From NCBI RefSeq assembly GCF_006345805.1, contig NC_043006.1, forward strand, positions 80,414,001 to 80,478,000: a DNA stretch of 64,000 nt. The letters run 5' to 3'. Shown piece after piece: positions 52,465-64,000 of this stretch. The DNA comes from Octopus sinensis (lineage: Eukaryota). Both the position numbers and the translations under genes were made by a program. How positions within the stretch are numbered: the first letter of the stretch is position 1; each line of letters begins with the position of its first letter. The notes below the pieces were generated by a model that saw only the letters and a program-made list of their open reading frames with translations, was not told where the DNA came from and ran no database searches.

Positions 52465-52961
52465 GAAATATTGAATTCCTAAACTTCTCGTAGAGACATG
52501 TACGGTGGTGGGGCGATAGAATGGTTGTATACTGTCAATCTAACAAGAACGTGACAGTAGGGAGTATACCACCGTTGTATAGCCCTAGGAGGCATCGAAC
52601 GCCTCCTGACAGCTTCGACACATTTTTTTCCCTGTGTCCTTATATACATATACGAAGGGGAGACAAACACCCCCGACCGGTGTCTGCTACTCTAGGCCGA
52701 TGAAGGACAATGATCCTGAAACACGGTGTCCCTAGATGCAGTTCCGACGGCCGGGGGTGTTTGTCTCCCCTTCGTATATGTATATAAGTACACAGGGAAA
52801 ACATGTGTGGAAGCTGTCAGGAGGCGTTCGATGTCCTCTAGGGCTATACAACGGTGGGGTACCCCCTACTGTCACGTTCTTGTTAGATTGACAGTATACA
52901 ACCATTCTATCGCCCCACAACCGTACATGTCTCTACGAGAAATTTAGAAATTCAATATTTC
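52465..52961. repeat. ~500-bp palindrome (arms 52465-52679 and 52748-52961, ~68-bp spacer)
   Basis: Arms are near-exact reverse complements by eye; partial re-duplication of the arm at 52961-52990. Confidence 0.95.
52684..52741 (+). ncRNA. Type-I hammerhead ribozyme fold (U4C variant) in the palindrome spacer
   Basis: CTGC-TAC-TCTAGG-CCGATGA-AGGA-CAATGA-TCCT-GAAA-CACGGTG-TC-CCTAGA-T-GCAG; predicted GUC cleavage after 52730. Confidence 0.8.
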
Positions 52962-53100
52962 TTGTTAGATTGACAGTATACAACCATTCCATATATATAT
53001 ATAAATATATAAAATTTGATAAGAGTAGAAATTGATATTAATCAATTAAAACCAGTGGCCTAGCATATTAAAAAAATGCGAAGATTATATTTATTTTTAC

Positions 53101-53697
53101 ATACAAAATTTAAAGGACTGACCACTAAAAGTGGACGGTCAACGTGCTAGATATAGACGTGAAATCTCTATTTTCCACAGAGAATATGTTCTCAAATAAA
53201 AATCCAGCACGAACCAAAGTATGAAAAATAAACAAGACGAAATAAAAATGATTACCTATGTACCGATCAGTTTCGATTGATATTATCCACGCATGTAAAT
53301 ACCCGCATTCTCTTCAGCATAGTCGTCATATAGAAATAGAATTTGCAGGACTAGATACAAAAACGTTTGACCGGAGTCTCGCATGCATAGAGTCTAACCA
53401 ATTATATTTATGTGTATCTTTTAAATGCCTTCACTTTGGTGCGCTGAGATCGGAAATCTACCCTGCAGCCAAAAAGCAGCAGCAGTCAATTTACCGATTA
53501 GATAACATTTATTATTATTATTTAAAATTTAATAAGGGTAGAAATTGATATTTTCATTTGTCTTGCTTATTTTTCATACTTTAGTTCGTGCTGGATTTTA
53601 TTTTGAGAACATATTCTTTGTGGAAAATAGCGATTTGACGTCTATATCTAGCATGTTGACCGTCCACTTTTAGTGATCAGTCCTTTAAATTTAGTAT
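53101..53697. repeat. Inverted repeat (~150-bp arms 53101-53250 and 53550-53697) plus 29-bp direct repeat (53011-53039 / 53524-53552); Penelope pLTR-like
   Basis: Direct reading of arms; hammerhead abuts the inner end of the left arm. Confidence 0.9.
53256..53322 (-). ncRNA. Type-I hammerhead ribozyme with canonical core
   Basis: Reverse strand CTATG-CTGAAGA-(GA..36 nt..TC)-GAAA-CTGATCGG-TA-CATAG; GUA triplet, near-palindromic helix III; predicted cleavage between 53261 and 53260. Confidence 0.8.
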
Positions 53698-53961
53698 ATA
53701 TAAATATATATATAGATATATATATACATATAAATATATATAAATATATAAATATATATATATATATTCTCCCACCCCCCTTTCCTCACCAGCCTTCTCT
53801 CTACTACCCTACCAAGAGCTCACAACTACCTCGAACACACAAGTGCAAACAAGGGAGTCAGAGAAAGGCAGAATGCCACTTAAATCTGAACACTACTATA
53901 GAAATATTCTTTTAAAAAAACTTTTCTTCTAATTTTTCTAAATTTAATTATTTAATCGTTA

Positions 53962-53999
53962 CAGTTGAAAAGGTCTCAAAATGACCGAAACCGGTACTG
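53962..53999 (+). ncRNA. Degenerate minimal hammerhead
   Basis: CAG-TTGAAAA-GGTC-TCAAAAT-GACC-GAAA-CCGG-TA-CTG; helices intact, core has C3U and G8A changes. Confidence 0.55.
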
Positions 54000-54048
54000 A
54001 AATGTTCACTATAAAATTATTTTAGCATTTTCTATTTTTTACTTGTTT

Positions 54049-54094
<46 letters not shown>

Positions 54095-54095
<1 letters not shown>

Positions 54096-54311
54096 ACATA
54101 AGGGACATTAGCCATTTGAATGTGGCTAAGGACAGGGCAGGGCGGTGGGGGTGTTACTGATGCATTTAGCCCCAGGCGATCATCAACATCACCAGATAGG
54201 CTGACACCATCTGGTGACGTTGATGATCGCCTGGGGCTAAATGCATCAATAACACCCCCACCGCCCTGCCCTGTCCCTAGCCACATTCAAATGGCTAATG
54301 TCCCTTATGTG
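54095..54311. mobile_element. 217-bp near-perfect hairpin MITE
   Basis: CACATAAGGGACATTAGCC..CACCAGAT / ATCTGGTGA..GGCTAATGTCCCTTATGTG; loop about 6-11 nt. Confidence 0.85.
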
Positions 54312-54445
54312 ATGGAGCAGTTACTGTCTATATCTCGTTTAGAGAATTATTATTGCTATATATATATATATATATACTAGCTGAAGGTGACCCTCTCTAC
54401 GCGCGGGAAAGAGTGTGGTTGTTACTTTCTGTCGGTTCCTTTCAG

Positions 54446-54757
54446 CATGTAAAAAGCACCATCCGAACATGGCCGATTGCAGCGCCGCCTTGACTGGCTT
54501 CTGTGCCAGTGGCACATAAAAAGCAGCAACCGATCGTTGCCGCTGCCTGCCCCCTGGCACCTGTGCCGGTGGCACGAAAAAAGCACCCACTACACTCACA
54601 GAGTGGTTGGCGTTAGGAAGGTCATCCACCTGTAGAAACACTGCCAGATCAGACTGGAGCCTGGTGCAGCCTCCTGGCTTCCCAGACACTGGTCAAACTG
54701 TCCAACCCATGCTAGCACGGAAAACGGACATTAAACGATGATGATGATGATGATGAT
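54446..54757 (+). mobile_element. SINE 3' portion with internal subrepeats and (GAT)n tail
   Basis: Repeated CTGTGCC.GTGGCAC..AAAAAGCA units; GGCGTTAGGAAGG..CCAACCCATGC..AAACGATGATGAT. Confidence 0.75.
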
Positions 54758-55535
54758 TCTCCCTCTTTGTTTTTCTCTCACTTTCCCACTCTCTTACTTT
54801 TCTTTTCTCTCGGACTCTCCCTCGCTTTCTCTTACTCTCTATCTTTATCTATCTCTCTCCCATTTATAAACAGCAAAAGATCTTGAGTAAGTTGAGAAAT
54901 AAAATATTTTGAAAGATCAATCTTAAATATCATGCAGTAGCAATGGAAAGGTCTGCTTCAAGGCAGACAGCAAAACGCTAACATTTAAAAGGGACAGACG
55001 AACTTGCGAGCTGAATAAAAATAATAAAATATTGGAAACCAAAGTTTGAAGGGATAGAATTTGAGGATAGTAGAGTCACCATGGCTGGCATTTCTTAACG
55101 ACGGACAGCAACGTATTGACAGTTTAACGGCTGGCGTAAAATTTTGAACTTGATGGAAAAGAAAAATCGTAAACACCAAGTTTTGAAGTGATTCTTTCTC
55201 ACGACAGTAGACTCACCATGGCAAGCATTGAAAACTTCTTCATCATGGACGGCAACACATTGACGATTAAAAGGCTTGATGTAACAGAGAATTGCTAAAC
55301 ACCCGCTCCTTTAAATTTTAATCCCCTTCCAGCCCCATTTAGACCCCTTTTCACATTTTGGTTAATATAACCCGATTTCATTCGGGTCTACTGGGGCCAC
55401 ATTTTATAAGATGAGGAATTTTGTCCTAGAGGTCACGCCTTTCATTTGAGGAAAAAAATAGTTGTCATGCAAACTTGCCAGCACTTTTAACATAGGTGTG
55501 CATATTTTCAGCTCAACCGACCATATAATGCACAC

Positions 55536-55582
<47 letters not shown>

Positions 55583-56439
55583 GTGTGTATGTGTGTGTGT
55601 ATGGTGTGTGTGTGTGTGTGGTGTGTGTGTGTGTTGGAGTCTCTCTCATACGTGAGCGTTGACGCTGAATTCGACTGGTAAGCATGTATCCTTGTCTTTG
55701 TTGAAATAGTTGTGAGCTGTTGGAGTTATTTCTCTGACAGGTAATAAGAATTTCCATATCCTCCGAGGAAACGAACTGTTGACCCAGACAATTAGAATTA
55801 ATTTTAATAAAAGCATCAATTTAAGAAAAAATAATAAAGTAGTAAAAATGAAAATTTAGCACGAAAAGTTTGCAGGGTTCTAAATAAATGTTAAAATGTA
55901 ATAGATACGAAAAACTTATGTTATCACCAGAACACGAACGCTGGTTGGTGCGTTCTGTTTGTATTTGGTCGATCGGCGCGTTGACAGGTAGACAATAGAA
56001 TGCGATTGCGATGGCGATGGAATATTTGTTTCTCACTATGAATGCTGACAGATACATAAGTGAAAGTTAATGGAAGGTAAGAGATAGAGTGAGTGAAAAA
56101 GTGCTGGGAAGAGAGGAAATAGCGAGAGTGAGTTGAGGAAGACAGATACATTAACTAAGGGGAGTGGACTTGTCAAAGTTATAAATAAAAGGGAGTTAGA
56201 GGGGAATGGAGGATATAGCGTAAGTGAGGAAGATGGCCCCTAGCAACCACACCTTTTAAGATAGGGATTTCTAAGGTAGCCCACGGGCATCGACACCTCA
56301 TTTTACATGTCCCTGTAAATTTTGGAGCGAATCGGACGGGATGTAGTGGCATTGAAAGCGAGCCAAGCGGTAAAAACGCATTTCAGTTGTATATATATAT
56401 ATATATATATTTATGCACATATATATATTTACACAGAAA

Positions 56440-56488
<49 letters not shown>

Positions 56489-57432
56489 AAATGGATAAAT
56501 GAATTATCTTGTTACGGATTATTCAAAATTTAACCGATACCTGGGTAGCAAAAATCACAACGGAAAAAACACGACAGAAAAAATCACAATCTGAACATTT
56601 TCACATTTTGTTCGCCCGAGGGCAGCTAGTTAACGCGATTTTGCAAAACTCTTTCAGATGTCCCCACTGGAAGCGGCACACATTTCTTGCATACAATTGA
56701 AGCCTAAGATAATTAACACCTTGATGTCCTAAGAAAAGAAAAAAATTTGGGAAAAAAACTTTGAATTAAATTTGTAAAGGGAAATTACTCCCCTTTTAGC
56801 GTATGATTTGCTACTTATTTAGAAACAATATCAGGGATTATACTCCCCTTGTTTGACAAGTCATCTGTGTATAAACTGACCACAGACGAATACACAGACA
56901 CAGGCTTTTATCAGCCGCTTGACCTACAATATCTGCAATATATTTTCCCTCTAGCTGCTTCCTAACATACTGCCACACATACACAGGCGCACACACACAT
57001 ACATGTAAGTAGTTTCTCACACCCAAATAAGATAGCTTTCATTCTTAAAACAATTCGAACATTAACATTAGTTATACAGAATATATTCACACTCTTTGGT
57101 TTTCTGGAATTCTTCCCCTACCAAATTTAACCGCAGTTTGACCTCGATTTATTCCAACGGACTTTTTCGTCGGCCATCACCCACCCTGACATCAACGCAC
57201 ATTGAGAGACAGTTTTGTGCCTTACCATGGGCTTCTAGGGAGCGTTTTGTTCGAATAGCTTGCTGCGCACTTGTTTGGAGATTTAAATTCCTGGTTTTTC
57301 CTGAAGAGAAAGCTGCAAAATGGTCTCCTTATTCAATCCGAATTTGGAAATTTGCAGCCTTTGAAACATGTGTAGAAAATAATAAAATGGAATTTTGTAG
57401 AATCTTCGTTCAGCTCCATTTCTTCCCTTCAC

Positions 57433-57471
<39 letters not shown>

Positions 57472-57502
57472 ACACATATATATATTTACACACACACACA
57501 CA

Positions 57503-57548
<46 letters not shown>

Positions 57549-57574
57549 GTATATACATATATATATATATGTTG

Positions 57575-57879
57575 AGGCGCAATAGCACAGTGTTTAGGGC
57601 ACCGGACTCGCGGTTGTAGGACCGTGGATTCGATTCCCAGACCGGGCGTTGTGAGTGTTTATTGAGTTAAAACACCTTAAAGCTCCACGCGGCTCCAGCA
57701 GGAGGTTGGTGACTATACCTGCTGTACACCTTCGCCACAACTTCCTCTTACTCTTTTTTCTGTTGGCCTGCTCGTTTAGCCAGCGGTGTTTCAGTTGAAG
57801 GCTAAAACAATGCGAAGCGAACTGTTTTAGCGATGTGTAGCACTATATGATAGTTCGATCGATCACGGTTATCACGGTG

Positions 57880-57882
<3 letters not shown>
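57575..57882 (+). mobile_element. tRNA-derived SINE (same family as 24715)
   Basis: GGCGCAATAGCACAGTGTTTAGG..GGATTCGATTCCC. Confidence 0.8.
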
Positions 57883-57912
<30 letters not shown>

Positions 57913-58011
57913 TGTATGTATGTATGTATGTATGTATGTATGTATGTATGTATGTGTGCATGTATGTATGCATGTATGTATGTATGCATGCATGCATGTA
58001 TGTATTTATAT

Positions 58012-58096
<85 letters not shown>

Positions 58097-58399
58097 AATA
58101 GTCGTCAGAATTTTGCAAACAAATCCTTTTACTCCTTCATTTTTATTAGCGCTTTCCTTCCCTTCTAGAACTTGTCAAATACAATTTTGTAAATGTACAA
58201 ACAGCTTGTTCATTTATATAAATGTTTCTTTGATGAAGTGTGTGTGTGCGTTTGTTTGTGTGCATGTTTCTGCATGTGTATGAGTGTGTGTGTGAGTGTG
58301 TGGGGGCGTGATTGTGTGGGTGTGCGTGTGTGGTTGTGAATATGTCCATGTTTATACTGTGTAACTTCGATCACGCCTCTTTGAATTCCTTGATTTTCT

Positions 58400-59330
58400 T
58401 TGTTCATTATCCCAAGTCTTCTAGCAGTATGTTAATTTTCATGTTGTGTGACAAAGCTGAGTTCTTGTGATCAACATATGCTGAAGTTAAGGATTTCATG
58501 TAATACTGATAGCAGTTTTAGTTAGGATAATGAACAATGCTTGTGAAGAGATGAACTTGAAATACCTAAGGGAGACATCTGGAAGCATTGCGGAACAACG
58601 AAATGACCATCTGAGACAATACGACGACAAAGAAGCAGGCCTCCATACTCTACCAACATACCAAAGACCAACAAGTGTGTTTAGACAAGAAACGAAAAAA
58701 ACATATACAGAACTTCATGCACAGTATGCGGTTCTCTGGGTATGATCAGAAAGATAGGGTTCTAGTATACAGGGGGTTTAGATAGAAATTAGAAAACATT
58801 ATACGTAATGATGCCAGTGGTATCTGCCGTAGTTATAGAAACAAAGAATGAGATAGCATACAAAGAACTTTTGACAAAGCAAACAGGGCGAACACGTTGT
58901 ATAAAACCGACAAATATGAAGGAGTGATGTTTGTAGAGGCCACCGCCCGTGGAGAACAAGCCCGTAGATTTAGAAAAGGTCTGAAGGAGACCAGACTCAA
59001 CATTAACATTGTTGAAAAACCTGGCATTCACTGTGGAATTAGAAATTTAGTTTACAGCATAAGATGCATAGAAGGTGCTTGTGAAGACATGAACTTGAAA
59101 TACACAAGAGAGACATCTGGGAGCATTGCGTAACGACTAAATGACATCTGAGACAATATGACGACAAAGAAGCAGGCCTCCATACTCTACCAACATACCA
59201 CAGACCAACATGGAGGCACGGTGGGCCAACATGAAATGCGCATCTTATCCAAGTATCCAAAAGACACAACACTTAGTGAAATACGGGAGTACCTCCTTAT
59301 AAAGGAAACTTCCCCAAAACTACAATAGGA
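58400..59330 (+). mobile_element. Rearranged Penelope-like fragment with duplicated GIY-YIG segment
   Basis: YKTDKYEGVMFVEAT..LNINIVEKPG; VYSIRCIEGACEDMNLKYTRETSGSIA; ~140-bp duplicate at 58533-58673 and 59071-59210. Confidence 0.7.
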
Positions 59331-59820
59331 AATATACATAGTAGATATCATACCTCCATACTCATAGTTTATGCAGGCAGAGTAGAATAGTTAGTAGGCT
59401 GTTATGTAGGCAGATATATGTATGTGTGTGTGTGAGGCGGTTTAGACAAGATTTGTTACGACGTCAATAAATTTACATCTCTATGACTAAAAATCACATC
59501 GTTTTCATGCACAAGTAATAAGCAGAGGTTGTAAGTGTAGTGTGGATGATATCCACGATTTTGCCTGACCAACACTAGCATAGCCGGAGTGTTTACATCA
59601 TTGTTAACAGTTAGAAAAAAAGCAGAATAAAAAAAGATAAGCAAGATGCAACACACTTTTGCACATTCTTATCAGTGGAATCTTTGCCAAGTTGAATTAA
59701 TTACCATAGCTTCATTGTTAAACAACAAATCTTACTCTGTTCAAGCAAGTGAAACAATACATATATTCATTTTCGCCCGCACGCACACATATATGTAACC
59801 ATATACACACACATATGTAC

Positions 59821-59909
<89 letters not shown>

Positions 59910-60799
59910 CGTGTGTATGAAAAAATGCATTCATAAATACACACATGTGGATATAGATATGTGTGTGTGCGTGAGTGTATTTGTTCGTGTATGTGCATTC
60001 ACGCATGTGTGTGTGAGTGTAGTGTATTATTTTCTGTACCGCTTTACCTTAATATTTGAATATTTGATATTTGTCATTTACATTTTCCTAGAAACGGCTA
60101 CAACTATTTCAGATACCGCGACCATGTATATTGTAATATTTTGCATTTTGCATTGCATCGTCTGCAGAAGGTCTGAACGTATAATATTTGACTAGCATAC
60201 CGGCGAATCATTTGTAAACTGCAAATTCGCGCCTATGCACCACAGAAATATACGGATAGTATACTTTGAAAACGGTGCTGAAATTTTATTTCAAAGCATT
60301 ACCTAAGAAAAAAATTTGAATACTAGAATTTATGACGAACAGTTACCATTAAGTAAATAATATTTAATTTACCTGATAGAAAAAGTAATTGATAACCTCA
60401 TGAAACTTTGAAAAGTTGGAGAATTAAATGATTCCAAGAGTAAAATTTGTTAATTTTTCTGATTTGTGTATTCTATATATTTCAGTTCTGCGAAATACTT
60501 CTGACGGCTGCTGCAGCAATGGTTGTTTTTATAAGTCTTCCAGTTTCGGTATTTGCAAAATGAAGAAAACGGAAAATATATTTCAACCAATTGAGGTGCG
60601 TTACGTCATTAAAGGTTGTTGTAGTTAGATAGTATTTTCTTTTACATTATTTATATTATTCCATTTTGCACGTTAATTATTAACAATTTGGTATGATTAT
60701 CCCATATGTCACAAAATATTTGTTGTAAAATGATATTACTAGCAAGGGATAATTAGTTATGCTAATAGCTATACCAATTATCAAATGTACGACATAAAA

Positions 60800-62010
60800 T
60801 ATTTCATTGCTCCACAAAGTTTTGCAGTATCTCGATAGCGCTTCTTTGGAGGTTCTGGTTCAATTCCAGTAATATTCTGTTTAATCCGAATTTAGCTGAA
60901 ATTAAAAATTTTTTTTTTGGTAAAAAGTTAATAAATTTCCAGATGTTGGGGTGACGAGACCCAACTTGAGTTTTGAATGCTCGGTGCTATTCTTGGATAA
61001 AGTTGTGTTTCGAGCAAATCATCTGGAACTCTTAAATAAATATTCCACATATTTAGTGGGGAAGAGAGGTAGGTGTCGCACATCCCTTCTTTTAGGCCCT
61101 GCAATCCACGTATCCTCGAAATAATCAATGGTTGTTTGCGCTTCATCCTAGAAGGTGTTGTTATCAAATAATAACTCATATGCTCTTTTTGCCCTACCTG
61201 CTGGGACAAATGCTAATGCTGGTAACATCCTCATCACTAAAGCAAAATTAGAGTATATTTCATATTTTCGTTTTAAACCATTACTTTGAATTACAGGAAA
61301 GATACATTGGCTGAAGAGGAAAAAGCAAACGTTTTGTTCTGCACAAGGAAATTCTTTCAAAAATGCTTTCATCATCGCTTTCTCAAAAGCCATCGTTATT
61401 GACAATGGTGCATATGTTGGTTCAAGATTTTTTATATCCTGCAAAAACGTTATATATGTTTCTTCTGTTTTGTCCGGCAATAACAAAAACACGAACGGCA
61501 GCAAAACTTTCCCTTTTAATCCATGTAGGGTATATAACTGGTGAAACACTGTACATTAAGCCGCAAATATCACAATACGCTTTTCGACTGGTCCTGAGTC
61601 ATAAAGTAGAAATTGAACACCTTTAAAAGATTTAGTAATTTCAGGTGAGAATACTATTTTACTGCATGTTGATGGTAGGGCCGGTCCAATAAGGGTTTTT
61701 TGCCTTATAGATCGTATTGTTCTTTTACTACTTAGCATTTTTGGTAGTTTGCAGGCAACAACTTGATCGCAATCATCCAGAACAGTAGATAAGACTGACG
61801 GGGTGCATGTTGTGTTGATTTGGTCAGTTAAATTATCTTTGAAATGGCGTCTTTTGTTGCAATGTCAGCGGCGCCCACTATTTCCTCCTTTACAGTAAAT
61901 AATTACTGTAAATGTATTATGTTGTTGGATATTTTTCGCACTTCCAATAAACATGTTCACCATGTTCATAGTATGTCCATTATCACCCAAATTGTTACGC
62001 CTTTTTTCTG
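60800..62010 (-). mobile_element. MULE transposase pseudogene (unit B copy)
   Basis: FHQLYTLHG..LPFVFLLLPDKTEETY..ITMAFEKAM..CFFLFSQ. Confidence 0.85.
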
Positions 62011-62141
62011 ATTCAGTAAATGCATCAGTCGTCTTTCCCTGTGAATAATTCCAAATAACAAATATTTTATTACGAAAATATTTTTCTTAGTAAACAGCCA
62101 TTTTTATTCCACTTAATAGTAAACATCTAGTTTTATTCGAT

Positions 62142-62420
62142 ACTAGCAGTATTGCTCGGCGTTGCTCGGGTTTGTTTTCTTTTCGACCCTTTAGAATTGG
62201 AATTTTTTGAAAAGTAAACATTTTGCATTATACAGCTAGTTACGTAAACATTTTCCTGGTTGAAATAGACCAAAAATAGCGACACAGCAGTGGAAAATCG
62301 TAAAAAATACGGATTATCATAGAAAAAAAACAACTTTTGACGTAAATAATTTTTGGTCTTAACAGGGTCCCATTTGAATTTTCCCTTTTACGAAATGAAG
62401 AGCAAGCCTTCTTCTATGAT
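62142..62420 (-). mobile_element. Helitron-like element (unit B copy)
   Basis: Duplicate of 27769-28045. Confidence 0.55.
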
Positions 62421-63436
62421 ACTTGCTGTTAGTGGTATAACCCAGTAGTAGTACTGTGTGTGGAATCATCTTTAATAGTCAAGTGACTTAAAAGTGACCT
62501 GTTGCTACATGTCTAAATTCAAGAACTGAACTTTTTGGTTAATACCCATATTTGGCTAAATAGTTGTTAAGTATTTTATCTCTCTCTATTTTTTTATATA
62601 TAATTTTGCATATATGTTTTACATGTATTTATATATATGTTTATATGTTTTTATTGTTTTATATATTCTTACATATTCTTTCTGTATTTTACCTTTCATT
62701 CTGCATTTTTGTCTATTTGTGTATATAGAAGTGTATATGAACATATTTGTGCGTGTATGGGTATATACGTGTGTGTGTGCGTGTGTGCGGGTATGTATAT
62801 GTGTACATGCATATGGTTGCATATATATATGTATTGGTATACATCCATGTGTTTCACACGAGAGTGAGTGAGAATATGAACATATAACATGTGCGTATTT
62901 AGATGTATATATCAATATAGTTGTGCGAGTATGGGTATGTGCACGCGTGTGCGTGTGGGGGGATATGTATATGTGTACATGTGTATGGTTGCATATATAT
63001 AGACGTGTGTATGAGTGTGCTTTAACGTGTTTCACGCACGTGTTGGTGTGCTTATGCATAGCGGCACATGTACATGGGTGTGCGTGCGGACATGTGTATG
63101 TATATACATGCGCTCATACGCGAATTCTATGATCTTTTTTACCTTTTCACTTCCTCCCCTTCGCGTTTGTTCCCTTTATTTAACGGTCATTCTAATAGCT
63201 CTTTTGTTTGACTTAATAACGTTCATAGTAATTTCCATTTCTTTAACGGTCATTTTCATAGAATAATTTGATTGTCTTAATAACTGACGAGATGCCAGAG
63301 TAGTTTCCAAACCGATATACGAAACGTGGAGTTTAGTTATGGCAACCGATAAATTGTCATATATTATATTACAGATAAATTCCTCCATTTACATATTATC
63401 GAGGTTTCATTCATTCTTTTGTTGTCATACCATTAC

Positions 63437-63493
<57 letters not shown>

Positions 63494-64000
63494 GCCTACA
63501 TATACATACATATATCTAGTAATATATAAAATAGAGATGTACACGTATTCGCTTTTCGCGCGGAAACGGATTCAACAATTGCTTTCATACTTGTGATGCA
63601 TGAATAATTCGACATCGGTCAAATGATAGGCTGTTCATTATTATTGCTTTTTATATTAAACTATTGCTTTTTATATTACACTCACGTCTTTGAAAGATTT
63701 TTAAATGTTTACTTCCGGTTTTCTAGCGTTTGTGACGTTACATATCTCTTTATGTATCTCTCTCTATCCATTTGTTTCTAATTATTTCTAACTCTCTATA
63801 ACATATTTCTCTATTTATATCTCTTGTTTTCACGTTCATTTTTCAGACGTTATTTACAATTTCAATTTTCATACGACATTGTTTAACTTCCATGTTATTG
63901 TTTTCACTGTAAGTCTAAGTTTTCAATTACATATTCCCGCCGCCACGCCAATTTGGATGATCATAACTTTCAGAAAAAAGGATATTTTGTAATAAACCTT

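Noticed and set aside
52465-54311. CRISPR-like or phage/plasmid origin for the palindromes
   Set aside because: No regularly spaced direct repeats with unique spacers, no prokaryotic genes; hammerheads and pLTR-like layout fit eukaryotic retroelements.
55040-55290. Degenerate ~135-bp tandem pair (GTAGA.TCACCATGGC)
   Set aside because: Only two highly diverged copies with no interpretable structure; likely an old local duplication.

Overview
Eukaryotic, AT-rich, microsatellite-laden DNA with one 100-N scaffold gap (637-736). The tRNA-derived SINE families and Penelope content look like a cephalopod (octopus-type) genome; this is an inference. The core is a tandem segmental duplication (unit A ~8.4-29.7 kb, unit B ~32.9-64 kb). 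Each unit carries two single-exon-CDS, minus-strand receptor genes: signal peptide + somatomedin-B-like Cys cluster + two RNxxCAxCN Cys-rich modules + class-B/Methuselah-like 7TM, with no GPS motif. Both type-A copies (17170-19077, 45832-47739; 635 aa) are intact and differ mainly in extracellular loops. Both type-B copies (21737-23637, 49506-51404) are frameshifted by different lesions. A third receptor remnant lies at the unit junction (~30.2 kb). The rest is decayed transposons (Tx1/L1, CR1-like, RTE, mariner, two Tc1, piggyBac, MULE, Helitron-like, Penelope-like, SINEs, MITEs). A unit-B-specific insertion at ~52.3-59.4 kb holds three long inverted repeats. It includes a Schistosoma-type hammerhead ribozyme fold at the apex of a ~500-bp palindrome, a second hammerhead with a fully canonical core on the minus strand, and a third degenerate one. 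All calls are by eye; no database search or folding was run.
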